DNA of 22,126 nt from an uncultured Haloplasmataceae bacterium (GTDB lineage: Bacteria > Bacillota_I > Bacilli_A > Haloplasmatales > Haloplasmataceae), in NCBI GenBank assembly GCA_937919135.1, contig CALFRW010000102.1, forward strand, positions 1-22,126, given 5' to 3'. A program made the position numbers and the translations under genes. Each line of letters begins with the position of its first letter. The first letter of the stretch is position 1. A model generated the notes under the pieces. The model was not told where the DNA came from. It did not search any database and saw only the letters and a program-made list of their open reading frames with translations. This document shows, piece after piece, positions 16,129-22,126 of this stretch.

Positions 16129-17586
16129 ATGGAAACTATAAGGATAATTGATATTTTAAAACAAGTTGATATTGATTTATTGTTAAAGCAAAAATATTTA
16201 AAGGCTGTACTAGCTGACCTTTTGTATGAATATGAAAATGAACGAAAAATATTAAATATGGTTAATAATAGTACTAATGTGGTAAAAAGATTAGCAGATA
16301 GTAATAATAAACTAATTGAATTAGAAAATCTTAATCAGGAATTATTAAGCTTTGGTTTAAATGAAGCAGCAATTAAATGGGCATTAGATATTTGGGCAGG
16401 AGTACTAAATATTAACCAAATAGATCGTAATATTCGTCATGATGCAAACTTATCATTAAGTTTAGGTGGGGCATTTACCATCGCCTTATTTAATAATGAT
16501 TATGTCTATGTATGGGGAAATAATCGTTGGGGTCAACTAGGAGTAGGTAACAAAATTGATTACATTAAACCTCAAGATATTACCGCTTCATTTAATCTTG
16601 GATTAAATGAAAAGGTTAACGCAGTAGCTGCCTCCTTTCGTTCATCATATTTGTTAACTGATCAAGGTAGATTATTTGCTTGGGGTAATAATGAGTATGG
16701 GCAACTTGGTGATGAAACAATGATTAATAGTAATCTACCAATGGATATTACAAATCGGTTTAAGTTAGCTACTTCAGAAAAAATTATTAAAATAAGCGCT
16801 GGCGGTTTCCATGCACTTTTATTAACTAATCAAAATCGAATTTTTACTTGGGGTAACAACCAATATGGCCAGTTAGGTGATGGAACTTATATAAATAAAA
16901 GTAAACCGATAAATATTACCCCTAATTGTTTATTAAAAAATGGCGAATTTATTCAAGAGCTTTATGCCGGATTAGGACATTCGCTGTTTATCACAACAGT
17001 AGGGAGAATCTTTACTTGGGGTAATAATAAATATGGCCAGTTAGGTGTAGAGAATCTTATTAAAGAAAATGTTCCCCTCGATATAACGCAAAATATCCCG
17101 TTCATTAACGGTGAAAGTATTGGAGATTGTTCAGTGGGCTCTCTACATTCATTAATTGCTACCAGTCAAGGGAGATTATATACTTTTGGTAATAATGAAG
17201 ATGGTCAATTAGGTGATAATACACTTAATAACAGTAATATTCCTGTTGAGATATCGCGATACTTTAATCCACAAGAAAGAATTATTAAAGTAAGCGCAGG
17301 AAGGAATTTTTCAATCGCTTTAACAAGTTTAGGTCATGTTTATACTTGGGGTAATAATAAAAAAGGACAATTAGGCATTAATGATTTTATCACTAATAGT
17401 AAAGGTCCAATAGATATCACAAATAAACTAGTCCAAAATGAAAATGAAACGATTGTTGATATTTTTACCGGTTCAAGTTCTAATCATGCATATGCGGTTA
17501 GTTCACAAAATAATATCTATGCTTGGGGAAATAATGAATATGGGCAACTTGGTGAAAGTAGTAGTTTAGATATATATGTAAAATAA
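16129..17586 (+). CDS. RCC1-repeat (regulator of chromosome condensation-like) beta-propeller protein with an N-terminal ~110-aa helical domain
   Basis: RBS TAGGAGTT precedes the ATG. The RCC1 signature WGNNxYGQLG recurs seven or more times: WGNNRWGQLGVG, WGNNEYGQLGDE, WGNNQYGQLGDG, WGNNKYGQLGVE, FGNNEDGQLGDN, WGNNKKGQLGIN and WGNNEYGQLGES. These repeats are spaced about 50-55 aa apart. Confidence 0.9.
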   Translation: METIRIIDILKQVDIDLLLKQKYLKAVLADLLYEYENERKILNMVNNSTNVVKRLADSNNKLIELENLNQELLSFGLNEAAIKWALDIWAGVLNINQIDRNIRHDANLSLSLGGAFTIALFNNDYVYVWGNNRWGQLGVGNKIDYIKPQDITASFNLGLNEKVNAVAASFRSSYLLTDQGRLFAWGNNEYGQLGDETMINSNLPMDITNRFKLATSEKIIKISAGGFHALLLTNQNRIFTWGNNQYGQLGDGTYINKSKPINITPNCLLKNGEFIQELYAGLGHSLFITTVGRIFTWGNNKYGQLGVENLIKENVPLDITQNIPFINGESIGDCSVGSLHSLIATSQGRLYTFGNNEDGQLGDNTLNNSNIPVEISRYFNPQERIIKVSAGRNFSIALTSLGHVYTWGNNKKGQLGINDFITNSKGPIDITNKLVQNENETIVDIFTGSSSNHAYAVSSQNNIYAWGNNEYGQLGESSSLDIYVK

Positions 17587-17590
17587 TTTT

Positions 17591-17626
17591 ATCCTCCTAT
17601 CATTTATTTGGTAGGAGGATTTAAAA
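17591..17626 (+). terminator. Stem-loop after the RCC1 gene (putative terminator of operon 2; weak U-tract)
   Basis: ATCCTCCTA ...12-nt loop... TAGGAGGAT forms a perfect 9-bp stem 5 nt after the TAA. The following TTAAAAT is a poor T-run, so termination efficiency is uncertain. Confidence 0.4.
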
Positions 17627-17735
17627 TAGAGGCTTCAATCTTAAGACATAAATTTTTATCGATTCTTATTTCTCTGCTAAATATAAATTAACCTTTATGC
17701 CATTTTACAGCAATTAAATAATAACCAATTACTTA

Positions 17736-17764
17736 GTACTTACGATCTGTAAGTATTTTTATTT
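17736..17764 (+). terminator. Terminator-like hairpin plus T-tract in the protease leader region
   Basis: GTACTTAC-GATCT-GTAAGTAT is an 8-bp stem with one G-U pair, followed by TTTTTATTT. It lies about 95 nt upstream of the protease ATG. Confidence 0.35.
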
Positions 17765-17799
17765 GTCCGGAAAATTCGACAAAACTCGCACAATCAATG

Positions 17800-17808
17800 T
17801 GATATAAT
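17800..17808 (+). promoter_or_regulatory. Extended -10 promoter element TGaTATAAT for the protease gene
   Basis: TG (17800-17801), n, TATAAT (17803-17808) lies about 50 nt upstream of the ATG. No good -35 is present at 17-nt spacing; the closest candidates are CAAAAC and TTCGAC. Confidence 0.35.
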
Positions 17809-17857
17809 ATTATAACATGATAATATCATGGGATAAAAATAGAAAGCGGGGGAAATA

Positions 17858-20197
17858 ATGCCTAAAAAGTTGATTAAGGCGATGCTTTTAACATTGACAA
17901 TTGTCTTTAGTTCGATTTTTATTTATTGTTCACAAGCTCAGGCAGCTAATTTAAAATTAGCTGAATTATATGGTAATTTTGATTTAGAGTCAAGTGAACT
18001 TACTAGTATAATTATCGAGCTAGAAGATAAATCAATTGTAGAGGCAAAACATACGGGTAGTTTTCAAAATGAAAAACTATTAGAGGTAAAACGTAATTAT
18101 ATTATTGATGAGGTTACAGAATATGGAGAATGTTTTACGATTATTCAAGAATATGATTACTTATTTTCAGGATTTGCGGTAGAATTACCCGCAAATGAAA
18201 TTACTGATATTTTATCAATTCCTGGGATAAAAGCTGTATATCCCAATGTCAATTATTACGTTCCAGAATTTACAACTCTGTTAGAGGAATTTGAACCTAT
18301 GATGACAAGTAGTAATCCATTTATTGGCACACCTGAAGCGTGGAGCATGGGATATACCGGAGAAGGGATGATTGTTGCTGTTATTGATAGTGGTGTTGAT
18401 TATACTCACCCTGAACTTCAACATGCATTTGGCGAATATAAAGGCTATGACTTCTTCGATATGGATTCAGATCCAATGGATGGTGGTTACCATGGAACCC
18501 ATGTTACAGGAACTATCGTTGCTGAAAGTTTTGGGATTGCTCCTGATGCGCAAATTTTAGCTTACCGAGTGCTAGGGCCGAATGGTGGAACTTCAGCACA
18601 AGTTATTGCTGGTATTGAGCAAGCGGTAATTGATGGTGCTGATGTTATGAATTTATCATTAGGAAATGATTTAAATGATCCTGATTATGCTACTAGTATT
18701 GCTCTTGACTGGGCGATGGCTGAAGGGGTAGTAGCTGTTACATCAAGTGGAAATAGTGGTCCTTATGATTGGAGTGTTGGTTCTCCAGGTGCCTCACGGG
18801 AAGCAATTTCTGTGGGTTCAACAGCATTACCATATATCAATGTTGACTTCAATACTTCAGATATTGTTCCATATCCTAGTGCTAAAGTAATGGGATATAA
18901 TAATTATGAAGATTTATTTGCTTTAAGCGGTAATACTTATGAATATGAATTTATTGGACTAGGTTATCCTGAGGACTATGAAGGATTAGATATGGAAGGT
19001 AAAATTGCGTTAATAATCCGTGGTGATTTAACTTTTGTTGATAAAGTACAAATCGCTAAAGATCATGGCGCAGTTGCCGCAATTATTTTCAACAATGCCG
19101 CTGGTGAAATAAATACCAGTGGAGAGTTCTCATTACCTACCTTCCAACTCGATTATACTGATGGTTATAATATGTATGTTGTATCAGTACTATACAGTAA
19201 TCTAATTGAAATTAATCTTTATGAGTTTGGTGAAATGATTTCTGATTTCTCAAGCCGTGGGCCAGCTTATGGAACATGGATGATTAAACCAGATGTTGTT
19301 GCACCTGGAGATTGGATATTAAGTACCTATCCTGGTGGATATTATGCTTATGCTGGTGGTACTAGTATGGCATCACCTCATGTAGCAGCCGCAAGTGCTT
19401 TAATCCTCCAAGCTCACCCAGAATACACGCCTGATGATGTTAAAAATGTTCTAATGAATACAGCTGAGAAAATAACCGATCCATTAACAGGTGAAGATTA
19501 TCCTCATAATGTTCAAGGTGCTGGAAGTATTAGAATTGCTGAAGCTATTAAGGCTAAAACAATTGTCACACCAGGTAGTTATTCATTTGGTGTATTTGAT
19601 AAAACTAAAGGAAAACAAGTAGAAGGTAAGCACTTTGAAATTAAAAACTTTTCTAATGAAAGAAGAAAATACAGTTTTGATGTCCAATTTAATGGCAATC
19701 CAGACGGCATTAAAGTAACTCATAGTAATAATACAAATATTAAAGCTCATAGTTCTCATAGTATTCGTGTTAATGTTCAAGTAGATACGAGAAAATTAGC
19801 ACCAGGACAATATGAAGGTACAATAACAGTTAGTGATAAGAATGAAACGATTGTTGTACCAATCATCATCTTTGTTCATGAACCAAATTATCCACGCGTA
19901 AGCTTTGCTGGTGTTCAAAATAATTATGATGGTACTTATTTAGCTTACGGATACCTTCTAAATGGAGCAGAATATGTTGAAATTGCATTCTTTAATTTTA
20001 ATGAATTTGATGGAACAATTGGGGAATATTTGGATTCACCATTTTATGCTTATGATGTTCCAGCAGGATATTATATAGAAGAGTGGGATGGTACAATACA
20101 AGGGGAAAAACTTCCTCCTGGACTATACGTTATTGCTGTTTATGCTGAATATAAAGGTCTCAGCACAACTACTGCTACTTTATTTGAAATAGTTTAA
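17858..20197 (+). CDS. Secreted subtilisin-like serine protease (peptidase S8) with an N-terminal inhibitor/propeptide region, an inserted PA (protease-associated) domain and C-terminal beta-rich domains
   Basis: RBS AGCGGGGGAAAT precedes the ATG. The signal peptide is MPKKLIKAMLLTLTIVFSSIFIYCSQAQA. The catalytic triad motifs are VAVIDSGVDYTHPEL (Asp), HGTHVTGTI (His) and GGTSMASPHVAAA (Ser), with the oxyanion Asn in GNSGPY. The PA-domain-like insert is GKIALIIRGDLTFVDKVQIAKDHGAVAAIIFNN. No LPXTG or TM anchor is present. Confidence 0.92.
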   Translation: MPKKLIKAMLLTLTIVFSSIFIYCSQAQAANLKLAELYGNFDLESSELTSIIIELEDKSIVEAKHTGSFQNEKLLEVKRNYIIDEVTEYGECFTIIQEYDYLFSGFAVELPANEITDILSIPGIKAVYPNVNYYVPEFTTLLEEFEPMMTSSNPFIGTPEAWSMGYTGEGMIVAVIDSGVDYTHPELQHAFGEYKGYDFFDMDSDPMDGGYHGTHVTGTIVAESFGIAPDAQILAYRVLGPNGGTSAQVIAGIEQAVIDGADVMNLSLGNDLNDPDYATSIALDWAMAEGVVAVTSSGNSGPYDWSVGSPGASREAISVGSTALPYINVDFNTSDIVPYPSAKVMGYNNYEDLFALSGNTYEYEFIGLGYPEDYEGLDMEGKIALIIRGDLTFVDKVQIAKDHGAVAAIIFNNAAGEINTSGEFSLPTFQLDYTDGYNMYVVSVLYSNLIEINLYEFGEMISDFSSRGPAYGTWMIKPDVVAPGDWILSTYPGGYYAYAGGTSMASPHVAAASALILQAHPEYTPDDVKNVLMNTAEKITDPLTGEDYPHNVQGAGSIRIAEAIKAKTIVTPGSYSFGVFDKTKGKQVEGKHFEIKNFSNERRKYSFDVQFNGNPDGIKVTHSNNTNIKAHSSHSIRVNVQVDTRKLAPGQYEGTITVSDKNETIVVPIIIFVHEPNYPRVSFAGVQNNYDGTYLAYGYLLNGAEYVEIAFFNFNEFDGTIGEYLDSPFYAYDVPAGYYIEEWDGTIQGEKLPPGLYVIAVYAEYKGLSTTTATLFEIV

Positions 20198-20207
20198 ATA
20201 ATAAATT

Positions 20208-20239
20208 GGGTAGGTTAGAAATTAACTTACCCTTTTTTT
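20208..20239 (+). terminator. Rho-independent terminator after the protease gene
   Basis: GGGTAGGTTA-GAAAT-TAACTTACCC is a 10-bp stem with one G-U pair, followed by TTTTTTT. Confidence 0.75.
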
Positions 20240-20254
20240 GTTAGGGATAATAAA

Positions 20255-20284
20255 TTAGGAAAAAAACTAAAAATGTGATATGAT
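20255..20284 (+). promoter_or_regulatory. Promoter for the MATE gene: -35-like TTAGGA (20255-20260) and extended -10 TGaTATGAT (20276-20284)
   Basis: TG-n-TATGAT lies about 35 nt upstream of the ATG, which is preceded by RBS AAAGGGGAT. Confidence 0.4.
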
Positions 20285-20318
20285 GTTAGGTGGATATAAA
20301 TAGTAAAGGGGATCTTAT

Positions 20319-21734
20319 ATGGACGTAGTACAAACTGATTTATCTATCAAAGCTATGCGAAAAAAAATCTTAATTTTATCTTGGCCAGCTATTATACGTT
20401 TGTTTTTACAAAGTTTAGTTGGTACCGTTGATGTAATTATGGTTGGCAAATTAACAGGACCAGCAATTGGTGCTGTTGGTGTAAGTAACCGCATCGTTTT
20501 TATAATAATTGGAGCTTTTACCGCTTTATCTGTTGGTTCAACCGCATTAGTTGCGCACTATATTGGAGCTAAAGATATCAAAAAGGGTAATGAAATTCTC
20601 TGGCAATCAATTCTGATTTCATTAATTATGGGGATTGGAATTACTGTAGTAGGATTTCTCTTTTCAGAATCACTTTTAAAAGGAATGCTCTCACTTATGG
20701 ATGACAAAGAAGGATACGATTTTATCATTAGAGAAGGCGTTGTCTATATAAAAATAGTCCTAACTTCGATGATATTCGGATTTCCGATGATGATTATAAA
20801 TGCTGTTTTTCAAGGTGTAGGTGATATGAAGACACCATTATACCTGATGATAATCACAAATATTGTTAATGTTATTTTTAATTACCTTTTAATTTTTGGA
20901 CACTGGATTTTTCCAGAAATGGGTGTTGCTGGTGCAGCCTTAGGGACTGCAATTAGTAGAATGGTCGGTTGTTTAATTGGCGTTGGAATTTTAATAATTG
21001 GTAAGTCAAATCTAAAACTGACATTTAAATATTTAAGTTTTAAGTTGGACACTGTAATTATTAAGGCAATTTTTAAAATTGGAATCCCTTCATCGGTTGA
21101 ACAATTTGCCAGACAAGGTAGCCAAATTATCATTACTATTTTTGTCGCAGGATTAGGTGCTCATGCACTTGATGCTAATGAAATTGTGATGAATATAAAT
21201 AACCTCGCAATTATGCCAGGTTTTGGTTTCGGAGTTGCTGCCCTTACCTTAGTAGGTCAAAGTTTAGGTGCTGGTGATAGCGATTTGGCAAATAGATATG
21301 CTAAGCAAACAGCATTAATTGGTATTGTATTAATGTTACCAATTACGATATCGATGTTTATTTTTGCTGAACCACTCGTAATGTTATTTGATACTTCAAA
21401 AACTGTTGTTCCATTAGCTGTTACAGTGGTTAGAATTATTATTATCACGCAACCGATATTAACCCTAATCTTAATCCTTGCTGGTGCACTTAGGGGTGCA
21501 GGTGATACGATGTGGGTTATGATAAGTACTATTATTGGAAACTGGGGCGCACGAGTAGTATTAGGAATCTTATTCGGATATTATTTAGGTATCGGTTTAA
21601 CAGGTTTCTACCTTGCAATCGGAATCGATATAATTGTAAGAGCACTGCTCATGTTATATCGGTTTAAATCAGGAAAATGGAAAAATATCAAAGTACTATC
21701 AAAAAAAGATAAACTTAAAGAAGTTATTAATTAA
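20319..21734 (+). CDS. MATE-family multidrug/oligosaccharidyl-lipid/polysaccharide (MOP) efflux transporter
   Basis: Twelve hydrophobic segments are predicted. The N-terminal region ILILSWPAIIRLFLQSLVGTVDVIMVGKLTGPAIGAVGV is typical of NorM/DinF-like MATE proteins (ILxLAxPxIxxxLxQ...DxxMVGxLG). An internal repeat gives a second-half analogue, IFKIGIPSSVEQFARQGSQIIITIFVAGLGAHAL. Confidence 0.88.
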   Translation: MDVVQTDLSIKAMRKKILILSWPAIIRLFLQSLVGTVDVIMVGKLTGPAIGAVGVSNRIVFIIIGAFTALSVGSTALVAHYIGAKDIKKGNEILWQSILISLIMGIGITVVGFLFSESLLKGMLSLMDDKEGYDFIIREGVVYIKIVLTSMIFGFPMMIINAVFQGVGDMKTPLYLMIITNIVNVIFNYLLIFGHWIFPEMGVAGAALGTAISRMVGCLIGVGILIIGKSNLKLTFKYLSFKLDTVIIKAIFKIGIPSSVEQFARQGSQIIITIFVAGLGAHALDANEIVMNINNLAIMPGFGFGVAALTLVGQSLGAGDSDLANRYAKQTALIGIVLMLPITISMFIFAEPLVMLFDTSKTVVPLAVTVVRIIIITQPILTLILILAGALRGAGDTMWVMISTIIGNWGARVVLGILFGYYLGIGLTGFYLAIGIDIIVRALLMLYRFKSGKWKNIKVLSKKDKLKEVIN

Positions 21735-21754
21735 GGCATACCTACTGGTGTGCT

Positions 21755-21784
21755 TCAGAGTGTATACACTCTGAACTATCTTTT
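21755..21784 (+). terminator. Palindromic hairpin plus short T-run after the MATE gene
   Basis: TCAGAGTG-TATA-CACTCTGA is a perfect 8-bp stem, followed by ACTATCTTTT. Confidence 0.5.
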
Positions 21785-21900
21785 AGATAATCCCTGTTTT
21801 TACTAAGATAAAGTTACTAGATAAAATAATAAGTTAGCTTATAAAGTTTAAAATCAGCATATAAAAAATACAATTTATGAAAACTTAAAATTAAAGTGTA

Positions 21901-21928
21901 TTGACAAATACATAATAAGTGTTATTAT
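21901..21928 (+). promoter_or_regulatory. Candidate promoter for the riboswitch-led transcript: -35 TTGACA (21901-21906), 16-nt spacer, -10 TATTAT (21923-21928)
   Basis: Consensus -35 hexamer. The AT-rich context makes the -10 assignment ambiguous, and TAGAAT at 21966-21971 is an alternative. Confidence 0.35.
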
Positions 21929-21974
21929 TATTATTGTAATTAAATATTAAATCAATATAGTTACATAGAATATG

Positions 21975-22126
21975 TATTAAAAGGGAATACGGTTAGAATC
22001 CGTAACAGCCCCCGCTACTGTATTTAGCTAATAGCTTTTTATTAAATCACTGAGTTTACTTGGGAAGACAAAAAGCTGTGTTTGATGCTATAAGTCAGGA
22101 GACCTGCTTTATTGTTTTAAAAAGAA
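21975..22126 (+). promoter_or_regulatory. Cobalamin (AdoCbl) riboswitch, 5' portion, running off the window end
   Basis: AAAGGGAATACGGTTAGAATCCGTAACAGCCCCCGCTACTGTA matches the conserved 5' core of cobalamin riboswitches, which I recall as GGGAA..GGTG.AA.TCC...CAG.CCCCGC.ACTGTA. The segment AAGTCAGGAGACCTGC at 22092-22107 matches the B12-box consensus rAGYCMGgAgaCCkGCc. The expression platform and the regulated gene lie beyond the window. Confidence 0.75.

Noticed and set aside
17591-17626. Possibility that the TAGGAGGAT arm of the hairpin is a Shine-Dalgarno for a small downstream ORF
   Set aside because: No ATG, GTG or TTG start with an open frame longer than a few codons follows within appropriate spacing.
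1-22126. Mobile-element signatures (integrase, transposase, inverted terminal repeats, tRNA attachment site) that would mark the ESCRT/TerY-P region as a horizontally acquired island
   Set aside because: None is detectable in the window. All genes share similar AT-richness and codon style, so island status cannot be asserted from this sequence alone.

Overview
This AT-rich, low-GC Firmicutes/Mollicutes-like window has every supported gene on the + strand, arranged as two tightly packed operons followed by three single genes.

Operon 1 (146-9834) opens with a 1434-aa secreted protein whose signal peptide, 14 tandem ~60-aa repeats and C-terminal TM anchor mark it as a surface protein. Its stop overlaps the start (ATGA) of a 592-aa three-TM helical protein. 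These are followed by a TerY-P-like signalling set: a vWA protein, a PP2C-like phosphatase, a Ser/Thr kinase and a second vWA protein. The operon ends at a strong intrinsic terminator.

Operon 2 (9926-17586) is the most unusual part. It encodes an SPFH/COG4260-like protein with a C-terminal zinc ribbon and a small coiled-coil protein. Then come two Snf7/CHMP-like ESCRT-III paralogues, the second with a eukaryote-type C-terminal MIM1-like motif, and a Vps4-like MIT-AAA+ ATPase. After these come a zinc-ribbon/TM-anchored protein, a Ser/Thr kinase with C-terminal zinc-ribbon and FHA-like modules, a third vWA protein and an RCC1-repeat beta-propeller protein. I read this as a putative phospho-regulated bacterial ESCRT-III/Vps4 membrane-remodelling or conflict system coupled to TerY-P-like components. 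That reading is inference from motifs and needs profile and structure searches.

Downstream are a secreted PA-domain S8 subtilisin, a MATE efflux transporter, and the 5' half of a cobalamin riboswitch that runs off the window end. No rRNA, tRNA, CRISPR or transposase/integrase signatures were seen. All short antisense or internal ORFs on the track look spurious.
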